Below, piece after piece: positions 6,879 to 15,031 of a stretch of 17,403 nt of DNA (the stretch's first letter is position 1; each line of letters starts with the position of its first letter). Origin of the DNA: Candidatus Bathyarchaeum sp. GTDB lineage: Archaea > Thermoproteota > Bathyarchaeia > Bathyarchaeales > Bathyarchaeaceae. The notes under the pieces are model-generated. The model worked only from the letters and a program-made list of their open reading frames with translations, was not told where the DNA came from and ran no database searches. Made by a program: the position numbers and the translations under genes. The DNA lies in assembly GCA_026014495.1 (NCBI GenBank), contig JAOZIF010000089.1:2020-19422 (forward strand), written 5' to 3'.

Positions 6879-8576
6879 CTAAGAACGTTGTAAACGTACG
6901 CCAAACATTCTACTCCAAAACACAGCAACCAAACTCACAACCAAAAACAAAGGCAGAATAACCCATGCGGGAAACTCGGGGATTACAAAGTTTGACGGAA
7001 ACTCGGGGCTTGAAGTAGGCATTGCTTCAGAGTTTGGCTCAGTCAAAAAGGGAGTGAAAGAAACGGTGCCTAAGTCAAAATCGTATTTTGAGTCATGAAT
7101 TGTCAGGTTGATTGCTTGGGTGTCTGTTGTGCCCCACCAATTATTTGCAGCTGAGATGTCGTTTGGTGTGTCGGTTAAGTAGATGCTGTTTTCGGCATAG
7201 TTCTTGATATTATTGTAACTGAGTGTAATAGAAGAACAGTTTCCTAGATTAATTGCCACTGTCGTGTTGGAAATTGTGTTTCTTTGGATGGTTACAGGTA
7301 AGCTAGCTGATATTCCTGTTAAACTGTTTGTTATCAAATTATTTTCAATCACTGCTGACCCTCCGTCGCCACCACCAATTCCCACGGTATTATTGGATAT
7401 TGTGTTGTTACGAATTACAACATTACCCGCACCATAATCATATTCATTGAATCCCGAAAAGGTAATGTGACCTATCGCTATGCCTTTACCATTGTTTGTG
7501 ATCAAATTTCCTTCAATTGTTGAACCCCCTGCTGCCCGAATACCATAAATAGAATCAAAAATGACGTTGCCAAAAATGTGAGTATAGCCTTCTGTAAGGG
7601 TGATTCCATAACCGCCAAGAGGACTACTAATTATGTTGTTTGAAATTACAGACGAATCTCCTCGAATACTGATTGCAGAAGACGAGTCATTCGCTCGTCC
7701 ACCCCAATCATAGGTTGGCTCGCCTCCAGCAATAGTATTATTTGCGATTGTACAAGAAACTCCGCTAATTTTGCCAGTAAGTGTATTATCTGAAATTACT
7801 GCAAAAGAGCATTTAACAGTGCCAGTAATTGTGTTACTGGAAATAGTGGATGATTCACCAATAACATCTCCAACAATTGTGTTGTTTGAAATTACACATG
7901 AACCACTAACAGAGATGGCATAACATAGATCATAATACAATGCATATGCTTGTCCCTGAGCATCAGTTCCTGTAATTGTGTTGTCCGAAATTACCGAAGA
8001 GTCTCCTGCACTAATTGCATAGGGTAATGAACTAGTAGAAGAGAAATGTCTGCCCTTAATTGTGCTCTTCACAATTATAGACGATGCCCCAACAGTGATT
8101 TCTCCAATAATGTTACTGTTGCTTATCTTTAGAGAACCATTACTGGATAGCGTTACATCTTCAAGAACCACATGTTCAAGTATGCACCCAGAACCATCCT
8201 GCTCACTCCACGGGATACTACTGGATGTAAAGTCTATTTCGTCACAGTTAACGAAACGAACGGTTTCAACATCATTGCCTTTTGCACATAAAGCACCGTC
8301 CACACGTATGTGGTAGCCATTCAAGTCAACAGTTACTCCAGATTCAACGGTCAAAGTTACCCCAGCGTTCACAAGTAAAGGTCCAGTGAGGTTGTATGGA
8401 CTGTCTGCCTTTGTCCACGTAGTATCCGAACCAATAACGACAACCAACCCAGATTGTGCAGAAATTGGCACCGCACCAAAATTTAGGGTAATGGCTAAAA
8501 CTAATGCAGTAACAAGAAATGCAATTAAAAATTCACGTGTAACTGATTTCTTTATGACAGGCAATCCAATTAACAC
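6879..8576 (-). CDS. Secreted right-handed beta-helix surface protein with duplicated PEF-CTERM motif
   Basis: Signal peptide ending PISAQS; DTTWTKADSPYNLTGPLLVNAGVTLTVESGV N-domain; many I-S-x-N-T-I coils; SAANNWWGT...YDFDLG; PEFP...IPEFP + TM + basic tail. Confidence 0.9.
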   Translation of the reverse strand: MLIGLPVIKKSVTREFLIAFLVTALVLAITLNFGAVPISAQSGLVVVIGSDTTWTKADSPYNLTGPLLVNAGVTLTVESGVTVDLNGYHIRVDGALCAKGNDVETVRFVNCDEIDFTSSSIPWSEQDGSGCILEHVVLEDVTLSSNGSLKISNSNIIGEITVGASSIIVKSTIKGRHFSSTSSLPYAISAGDSSVISDNTITGTDAQGQAYALYYDLCYAISVSGSCVISNNTIVGDVIGESSTISSNTITGTVKCSFAVISDNTLTGKISGVSCTIANNTIAGGEPTYDWGGRANDSSSAISIRGDSSVISNNIISSPLGGYGITLTEGYTHIFGNVIFDSIYGIRAAGGSTIEGNLITNNGKGIAIGHITFSGFNEYDYGAGNVVIRNNTISNNTVGIGGGDGGSAVIENNLITNSLTGISASLPVTIQRNTISNTTVAINLGNCSSITLSYNNIKNYAENSIYLTDTPNDISAANNWWGTTDTQAINLTIHDSKYDFDLGTVSFTPFLTEPNSEAMPTSSPEFPSNFVIPEFPAWVILPLFLVVSLVAVFWSRMFGVRLQRS

Positions 8577-8601
8577 AATTAAATACTACATTAACTAGCT
8601 A

Positions 8602-8635
8602 GAAAAGAATTTTTGTCAAGAAACATTGACCAAAA
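8602..8635 (-). promoter_or_regulatory. 34-bp conserved upstream block with GTCAA-N6-TTGAC palindrome (8615-8630), copy 2
   Basis: Reverse complement is 33/34 identical to 118-151. Confidence 0.75.
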
Positions 8636-8658
8636 CAATTCTAAATGAAAAAACCTCA

Positions 8659-8677
8659 AGTCAAGAAACGTTGACTA
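8659..8677 (-). promoter_or_regulatory. Distal palindrome AGTCAA-N6-TTGACT
   Basis: 8660-8675 is 15/16 identical to 8615-8630, 45-bp spacing. Confidence 0.65.
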
Positions 8678-8684
8678 TCCAAAC

Positions 8685-9701
8685 TTATTGTTTTTGTAAT
8701 TCAGTTTTGTACAAGAATAGGGCAGGCAGACCGCCTGTGTGAAAGAACACTACGTTGTCATCTGCTTTGAAGTAGCCTTTCTTGATTAGGTCAATTAGCA
8801 TGACCATTGCTTTGCCTGTGTAGATTGGATCTAGAAAGATTCCTTCAGTGTGGGCAACAAGTTTGAGGGCACTTGTAACTTCGTTGTTTATTATGCCGTA
8901 GCCTTCCTTGATGTAGTCATCAAAGACAGCCACATCCTCAGGAACAATTGACACGCCAACACCAAACAACTTTGCAGACCTATTAACTAGCCCAGCAACA
9001 GTGTTTGCGGCGTCGGTTTTGCTTGCAAAAACGCTTGCAGCCAAAATCTTGGCTTTAGTGTCCAGTAGTTTTGTTCCAAAGATTAGACCTGCTTGGGTTC
9101 CGCCTGTTCCGCACGCACATACAATATAATCAATCGTTTCTCCAAGTTCATGAAATTGGTTTACTAACTCTTCCATAGCAAGGGCGTACCCTGGAACAGT
9201 TAAGGGAAGTGAAGCTCCAGCAGGAATAACATAAGGATGATGCCCCTGTTTTTTGTATTGTTCAGCTAAACGGTTCATGTAATCGTCAACGTGTGGACCA
9301 TAGCCTTCTATGAAATGAATCTCCGCGGACAGCATCTTGTCCAAAAGCAGGTTTCCATCGTAAACTTCAGGTTCTTCTCCTACAAGAACTAGCACAGGCT
9401 TTATTCCAAGCCTTCGTGCAGCAGCCGCAACCATGCAAACACAGTTTGACTGAATCGCACCTACACAAATCACAACATCAGCACCCTTGTTTTGGGCGTC
9501 TGCAAAAAGAAACTCCAGTTTTCTGGCTTTGTTACCTCCAAAGGCTAGGTCTGTCATGTCGTCTCGTTTCACGAAGAGCCTTGGACCATTTAGAGCCTTT
9601 GAGAGGCGAGGCATCTTTTGTAGGGGGGTTGGAAAACCAGCGAAACATGTTTTCTGTGTGTGCATTTTTTGTAAAGCCATCAGTTTGCTAGATTTGACCA
9701 A
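8685..9701 (-). CDS. dcyD: D-cysteine desulfhydrase family PLP enzyme
   Basis: KRDDMTDLAFGGNK(PLP)ARKLEF, GAIQSN, CGTGGTQAG, DPIYTGKA and FFHTGG (Thr, not the Glu/Leu of ACC deaminase); AAGGAG SD. Confidence 0.85.
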   Translation of the reverse strand: MVKSSKLMALQKMHTQKTCFAGFPTPLQKMPRLSKALNGPRLFVKRDDMTDLAFGGNKARKLEFLFADAQNKGADVVICVGAIQSNCVCMVAAAARRLGIKPVLVLVGEEPEVYDGNLLLDKMLSAEIHFIEGYGPHVDDYMNRLAEQYKKQGHHPYVIPAGASLPLTVPGYALAMEELVNQFHELGETIDYIVCACGTGGTQAGLIFGTKLLDTKAKILAASVFASKTDAANTVAGLVNRSAKLFGVGVSIVPEDVAVFDDYIKEGYGIINNEVTSALKLVAHTEGIFLDPIYTGKAMVMLIDLIKKGYFKADDNVVFFHTGGLPALFLYKTELQKQ

Positions 9702-9853
9702 TTATTTTGGCTCCTTAAGCTGATGTATAACAGTTAGTGGTACTTGAATCTGTAAGTTTCGGTTGATTTCAAATCCAGAATATAAAGCATTAACAAAAAA
9801 CAGAAAGTTTTAATAGATAAATAAATTGTCACCGTTCAGGGAATGGTTTCACT

Positions 9854-10822
9854 TTGGCAGTAAAATCGGTCTTAGATTTCATTGGAAACACGCCACTTAT
9901 TCAACTAAACAGCAAAGAAGGCGTATTCAGTACTTTTGAAGCAAACCTGTACGCAAAAGTAGAGTATGTTAACCCAAGCGGAAGCATCAAAGACCGAATT
10001 GCAAAATACATGATTGAGCAAGCCGAAAAACGTGGCGACCTAAAGCCCGGATACACAATCATCGAAGCCACAAGCGGAAACACAGGCATCGCATTTAGCA
10101 TGGCAGGCGCAGCCAAAGGCTACAAAGTAGTTATAGTCATGTGCGAAACCATGACAGAAGAAAGACGCAACTTTATGCGAGCATACGGCGCAGAGGTAAT
10201 ATCTACCCCAGCATGCGATAGCCTGAAAGGCGCAGTAGACAAAGCAAAGGAGCTTGCTAAAAATCCGGGTTACTGGATGCCAGCGCAGTTTGACAATTAC
10301 GACAACGTTGAAGCCCACAGGATAATAATGGGCAAAGAAATCATAAACCAAGTTCCGAACGGATGGGTTGACGCTTTTGTTGCTGGAGTAGGCACAGGAG
10401 GCACCCTTATGGGCGTAGCCAAAGCCCTCAAAGAAGTGAATCCCAACGTGCTGATAGTTGCGGCTCAGCCAGCAAGCTCTCAAGAGCTTACAGGCGGAAA
10501 AGTGGGAGAGCACAGAATAGATGGAATTGGCGATGGCTTTATTCCAAACATAGTAGACAAGTCCATTATTGATGAGGCAGTAAACGTTGAAGACGAAACC
10601 GCAGTAAGCTGGAGCAGAATGCTCGCAAGCAAAAAGGGACTGTTCGCGGGAATATCTTCAGGCGCCAACGTGTACGCGGCAGTGGAAATTGCAAAAAAGT
10701 TGAAGAAGGGACAAACGGTTGTCACAGTTTTGCCTGACAGCCAAGACAGATACGCAAGCCTAGGAATCTTCACAAACAAAAAAGCCAAAGAAATACATGT
10801 CCCAAAAACGTTCGCGCCCTAA
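9854..10822 (+). CDS. cysK: Cysteine synthase family PLP enzyme (CysK/CysM-like)
   Basis: IGNTP, NPSGSIK(PLP)DR, ATSGNTG, QFDN, GVGTGGT, GIGDG, GISSG. Confidence 0.9.
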   Translation: MAVKSVLDFIGNTPLIQLNSKEGVFSTFEANLYAKVEYVNPSGSIKDRIAKYMIEQAEKRGDLKPGYTIIEATSGNTGIAFSMAGAAKGYKVVIVMCETMTEERRNFMRAYGAEVISTPACDSLKGAVDKAKELAKNPGYWMPAQFDNYDNVEAHRIIMGKEIINQVPNGWVDAFVAGVGTGGTLMGVAKALKEVNPNVLIVAAQPASSQELTGGKVGEHRIDGIGDGFIPNIVDKSIIDEAVNVEDETAVSWSRMLASKKGLFAGISSGANVYAAVEIAKKLKKGQTVVTVLPDSQDRYASLGIFTNKKAKEIHVPKTFAP

Positions 10823-10875
10823 AATCAACAGTTTTTTAGTTAGATTCAAGTGTCATATGTTCCTTAGTGTAGGGT

Positions 10876-11493
10876 ATGCAAGAGAAGTATCTGGTTTTCA
10901 CTGGAAGACCCAATGCAGGCAAAAGTAGTCTGGTCAAAGAACTTACGGGCTTGAACATAGTAACGGGTAAGCATGCAGGAACTACACGAAAAGTCAAAAA
11001 ATATCCTTTAAGTGACGGCTTAGTTTTTGTAGACCTTCCGGGACTAGGAAAAATGGTTGGAGTTTCCAAACAATTCGAAGAAAAAGTTAATGAACAAATC
11101 ATCGAGTTCTTGGAAAACAACGCCAAAGACATAATTTTAGCCGTCGCAGTCTTGGACATATCCACTTTTCTAGAAGTAACTTGGCGGCTAGAAAAAAAGG
11201 GAATCATGTCAGTAGACGTTGAAATGGTAAAGTTTTTGGCATCCAATTTAGGCGAATTCCCCTTAGTTGCAGCCAACAAAATCGACAAAACAAACAAAAA
11301 AGAACTGCAAGCTAACCTCAACGACTTTATGTACAGAATAAGTGACGGTGACCCAACAAAAGTAAAAGACAACGTATTTCCAATTAGCGCAAAAAAAGGA
11401 ACAGGCATAGGAGAACTGAAAAGCGTCATTCACACAAAGCTGGTAGAGAAGGGTTACAAAACACCATTCAAGGTCCAAAGTAACGAAAAGTAA
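10876..11493 (+). CDS. engB: GTP-binding protein EngB/YsxC family
   Basis: G1 GRPNAGKSS, G2 GTT, G3 DLPG, G4 NKID, G5 ISAK. Confidence 0.88.
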   Translation: MQEKYLVFTGRPNAGKSSLVKELTGLNIVTGKHAGTTRKVKKYPLSDGLVFVDLPGLGKMVGVSKQFEEKVNEQIIEFLENNAKDIILAVAVLDISTFLEVTWRLEKKGIMSVDVEMVKFLASNLGEFPLVAANKIDKTNKKELQANLNDFMYRISDGDPTKVKDNVFPISAKKGTGIGELKSVIHTKLVEKGYKTPFKVQSNEK

Positions 11494-11539
11494 GCAAGTT
11501 TTGGATAATAATTATTCTAATTAAAAAAACAGAAAAAGC

Positions 11540-11579
11540 TAGTTTTCAACAATGAACCTCTATTAGTCTCTTAATATGC
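11540..11579. repeat. 40-bp intergenic motif, copy B
   Basis: 33/40 identical to 1432-1471; lies between convergent engB and membrane-protein genes. Confidence 0.8.
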
Positions 11580-11638
11580 TTGACGACTTGCAACGAATAA
11601 TTATTGTTAAACAAAAAGAGAAAAAAGAAGCCCAGTTG

Positions 11639-12058
11639 CTACTTTTCTTTTGCCATGTCAAGAACGGATTTTATTGATATTATCACAGCTGCTGGAGCTG
11701 CAAAAGCCACAACATATGACAGGACAGCAGAAGCCCAAAAGAATAGCAAAGGATGCAGATACCATAAGCCTGCCCACACGTTTGCCCCAGACGCCACTAA
11801 CAACGCAATAGTTGCAATAAGGAAACCAGAAACTTCTCTTCGGGTGATGCTTGTAAGCCCAACAACAGAACCCAAAACCAGCATTGCAAAAAGCACATAC
11901 CCATCGCTCGTTTTGATGTTTGCTGCCCAGTTAGCTGGCGGGTCAGTAGGTGTTAGTATATATGAGTCATACGCGGAGTAACCCAGAATAAGCCCAGCGA
12001 ATACTGCCACTGCAACAAAAATTATGTAAGCCCATTGTGCAATCTCTTGCATGTTCAT
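11639..12058 (-). CDS. Uncharacterised multi-pass membrane protein (about 4 TM)
   Basis: Hydrophobic helices (GLTSITRREVSGFLIATIALL, VAFAAPAAVIISIK); own TATA (TTTATAA near 12093-12100, minus strand); T-tract after the stop. Confidence 0.8.
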   Translation of the reverse strand: MNMQEIAQWAYIIFVAVAVFAGLILGYSAYDSYILTPTDPPANWAANIKTSDGYVLFAMLVLGSVVGLTSITRREVSGFLIATIALLVASGANVWAGLWYLHPLLFFWASAVLSYVVAFAAPAAVIISIKSVLDMAKEK

Positions 12059-12122
12059 TGTTATCCCAAAAACACAGAAGGTTAAGGATGCATTATAAAT
12101 TTTCTGTACTTTCTCCTAAAAC

Positions 12123-12160
12123 AAAAAACTGAAAAAAAGGGACGAAACAAATTCCGTCCA
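12123..12160 (-). terminator. GGACG/CGTCC hairpin + oligo-T after rbcL
   Basis: Stem 12140-12144/12155-12159, 10-nt loop, followed on the minus strand by CTTTTTTTCAGTTTTTT. Confidence 0.6.
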
Positions 12161-12169
12161 TAAAATCGC

Positions 12170-13390
12170 TTATTTCCATAGCTCTAAGGCAACATGCAAT
12201 TCTTTGTGAGACTTAGCATATTCCTGCAACGATATTCCATTTAGGGTTGCGTCCACCGCTTGTCTCATAGCAACTGCGCCACAGACAGTCCCATCTGTAT
12301 GCCCATGAATCCCTCCGCCAGCCTGAATCACTAAATCATTCCCAAAGAATTTCATTAAAGCAGGAACCAAACTAGGATAAAGACCACCAGACGCAACAGG
12401 TAAGGCCTTCTTTAAACCATACATGTCTGTTTTAAGTGCCTCACAGTTTTCGGAAACCTCGTCCTTGGTTTCAGACATTTTACCCACAACAGTTCCAACA
12501 TGAAGCTGATCAACACCAATAATTCGCGCAACCTTTGCGATAACCTTCATCGAAACTCCATGCTTAGGGTTGTTAGTGAAGGCTGCATGTCCTGCACGGT
12601 GGGCATGAAGTATCAAACCAAAATCGTGTTCACGTATTGTCTGCAACGCAGAATATCCACAGGTCAAAATGTCAATCATCAAATATCTTCCGCCATGGTC
12701 TTTAACAAACTGTGCACGCTTAATCATTTCTTGAGTTTCTGAGGTGATATTAACCATGTACACCTTCTTTTCTCCAGTTTCAGATTCAGCGCGGTCCCGC
12801 ATCTCAAGAGTAGCAACAAGACGGTCATCAAAAGGATTGAAACGTTGACTACTAAGGTTCTCGTCGTCTTTTACTACGTCACATCCTCCAATCCAAGCGT
12901 CATACGCTACCTTTGCATGGTCTTTTGTTTTCAATCCTAGTTTTGGCTTGATAATTGTCCCAACAAAGGGTCTATCCTTAACTCCTAGTAGTTCACGGAT
13001 TCCAGTGACACCATACTTGGGGCCTTTGAAGCTTTGAACCAACTGTTTTGGCAATTGGATGTCGTTTAGTCGCAGGTTTTTGAGTGCACGCAATCCAAAC
13101 ACGTTTCCAGCAACACTGCTTAGGATGTTAGGCATGTTGCCGGGTTCAAATAGTTCAATTGGATAAGCAATACGGATATTGTTGCCGTTTATTCTGAACA
13201 CGCATGCAGCAAGCTTTTCCACGTAAGGCTTTATTGTAGTAAGTTCAGTCCATGTTCCCACTGAACTTTCGGCTGCAACGCCTCCAGCCGCCTCTGTTAA
13301 GCTGATTCCTTCTGGTTCAACATAAAAGTCACAGATTAGGTCGGTTGCCTTTGGCTCGTAAGATTGGTCAACAAAATCTACGTATTTCAA
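12170..13390 (-). CDS. rbcL: Ribulose-1,5-bisphosphate carboxylase, archaeal form III
   Basis: AAESSVGTWT, GNVFG, IKPKLG (K175/K177), DVVKDDE (K201 motif), HAHRAGH, HVGTVVGKM (K334), ASGG, QAGGG; TTG start with GAGGG SD. Confidence 0.96.
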   Translation of the reverse strand: MKYVDFVDQSYEPKATDLICDFYVEPEGISLTEAAGGVAAESSVGTWTELTTIKPYVEKLAACVFRINGNNIRIAYPIELFEPGNMPNILSSVAGNVFGLRALKNLRLNDIQLPKQLVQSFKGPKYGVTGIRELLGVKDRPFVGTIIKPKLGLKTKDHAKVAYDAWIGGCDVVKDDENLSSQRFNPFDDRLVATLEMRDRAESETGEKKVYMVNITSETQEMIKRAQFVKDHGGRYLMIDILTCGYSALQTIREHDFGLILHAHRAGHAAFTNNPKHGVSMKVIAKVARIIGVDQLHVGTVVGKMSETKDEVSENCEALKTDMYGLKKALPVASGGLYPSLVPALMKFFGNDLVIQAGGGIHGHTDGTVCGAVAMRQAVDATLNGISLQEYAKSHKELHVALELWK

Positions 13391-13459
13391 CGTTAATCAA
13401 CAACCCTCTTAGTACAACTCAACTAATATTATAATTGTGATGATGATATAGATTAACAG
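13391..13459. promoter_or_regulatory. Compact bidirectional promoter rbcL / AMP phosphorylase
   Basis: Only AT-rich core is TATTATAATT with palindromic TTATAA at 13429-13434; GTTAATC (13392-13398) / GATTAAC (13451-13457) inverted pair at the ends. Confidence 0.6.
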
Positions 13460-15019
13460 TTGTGGAATGTCATGGAATTCAAGGTTAAACTGTTGGAAAT
13501 AAGATCAGGTGGAAAACAGATAATAGTTATAGATGACGAATACGCGAGCCTGCTTGGAATTCATTCTTCGGACAGGGTTGAAGTTGCATACAAAAAACAG
13601 AACATAATTGCCATTGCTAATGTAGCCACAGATTTTCCTAAGAAAAATTTGGGAATTTACGAAGAGGTTCAAGACAAACTCAAAATCCAAGAAGGAGAAA
13701 CTGTAACTGTTCGCCCAGCTGAAAGACCTGAATCCCTTGGATACATACGCAACAAGATTAATGGACAAAGACTTACAGCTCCAGAAATAAAGAGCATAAT
13801 ATTGGATGTTGTTGAAAGGCACCTAAGCGACGTTGAATTAGCCTCTTTTGTCACAAGCCTGCACATTCACGGAACAAGCATGGATGAAGTTGAAGCATTA
13901 ACCAAAGCCATGGTGGAAACAGGACAAACCATAGACTTTGGCAAAGGTGCAATCTTGGATAAACATAGCATAGGTGGAGTTCCAGGAGACAAAACCACCA
14001 TTCTCGTAGTTCCTATAGTCGCAGCCGCTGGCTTTACAATTCCTAAAACGTCTTCTCGGGCGATAACTTCTCCAGCAGGCACAGCTGATAGAGTGGAAGT
14101 TTTGTGTCCAGTTGACTTAACATGTGAAGAGATGCGCAGCATTGTAAAGAAAACTAATGCGTGTTTAGCATGGGGCGGTGCACTTGAGCTTGCTCCAGCT
14201 GATGACCTTCTTATTCAAGTTGAGTATCCTCTTTCCATTGACCCTTTGTTGTTGCCTTCAATTCTAAGTAAAAAGAAGGCGATAGGCGCCGATTACATTG
14301 TGGTTGATATACCCACGGGAAGAGGCACAAAAATCAAGACCATTGGAGAAGCCCAAACTTTGGCGCGAGAGTTCATAGAATTGGGCAAACGATTAGACAT
14401 GCACATCCAGTGTGGAGTAACCTTTGGTGAGCAGCCAATAGGTTATGCTATAGGACCAGCTCTTGAAGCAAGGGAAGCACTCTTGGCGCTAATGGGCAAA
14501 GGCCCCATAGATTTAGTGAACAAGGCAGCTAGTTTAGCGGGGCTACTCTTTGAGATGATGGGAGCAAAAGATGGCATAAAGGAAGCAAATAACATTCTTA
14601 AATCAGGTAAAGCTGAAAAGAAACTCAGGGAAATTATTGCCGCACAAGGCGGAGACCCTAACGTGAAACCTGAAGACATAGAGATTGGAAAACAGGTAGC
14701 AGAGATTTGTTCAGACGAGGCAGGCAGGGTTCAGTGGATAAATAACAGAAACATTGCACAGATAGCAAGAATAGCGGGAGCACCTAAAACTAAGTCTGCA
14801 GGCGTATTACTGAATAAGAAGCTTGGAGACAAAGTGGCAACAGGAGATGTGCTATACAGGATTTATTCGGGTAGCACACAAAAACTGGAGTCCGCTGTTC
14901 GAATAGCCGAAAAACTAAATCCATATGGAGTAACTGGAAAGTTTGGCGAAAAAATGCTGGTTGACCGCATTCCAAGCAAGAAAATTTACTACGAGAAGCC
15001 ATTCATTCTGGAACGCTAA
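13460..15019 (+). CDS. deoA: AMP (NMP) phosphorylase, thymidine phosphorylase family
   Basis: Archaeal N-terminal barrel (GIHSSDRVEV), DKHSIGGVPGDKT, KTSSRAITSPAGTAD, DIPTGRGTKI; start may be ATG 13472. Confidence 0.95.
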   Translation: MWNVMEFKVKLLEIRSGGKQIIVIDDEYASLLGIHSSDRVEVAYKKQNIIAIANVATDFPKKNLGIYEEVQDKLKIQEGETVTVRPAERPESLGYIRNKINGQRLTAPEIKSIILDVVERHLSDVELASFVTSLHIHGTSMDEVEALTKAMVETGQTIDFGKGAILDKHSIGGVPGDKTTILVVPIVAAAGFTIPKTSSRAITSPAGTADRVEVLCPVDLTCEEMRSIVKKTNACLAWGGALELAPADDLLIQVEYPLSIDPLLLPSILSKKKAIGADYIVVDIPTGRGTKIKTIGEAQTLAREFIELGKRLDMHIQCGVTFGEQPIGYAIGPALEAREALLALMGKGPIDLVNKAASLAGLLFEMMGAKDGIKEANNILKSGKAEKKLREIIAAQGGDPNVKPEDIEIGKQVAEICSDEAGRVQWINNRNIAQIARIAGAPKTKSAGVLLNKKLGDKVATGDVLYRIYSGSTQKLESAVRIAEKLNPYGVTGKFGEKMLVDRIPSKKIYYEKPFILER

Positions 15020-15031
15020 GCAATATGTCAC

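Noticed and set aside
8615-8675. Two 16-nt palindromic repeats with a 29-nt spacer resembling a mini CRISPR array
   Set aside because: Only two units, repeat too short, no cas genes, and the same motif recurs upstream of another surface gene, which fits an operator better.
8685-9701. ACC deaminase assignment
   Set aside because: Has DPIYTG and HTGG (Thr/Thr), not the Glu/Leu diagnostic of ACC deaminase.
12170-13390. RuBisCO-like protein (form IV) or evidence of Calvin-cycle autotrophy
   Set aside because: The catalytic motifs checked are intact, so it is not form IV. No phosphoribulokinase or small subunit is in the window, and the AMP-pathway context explains it.
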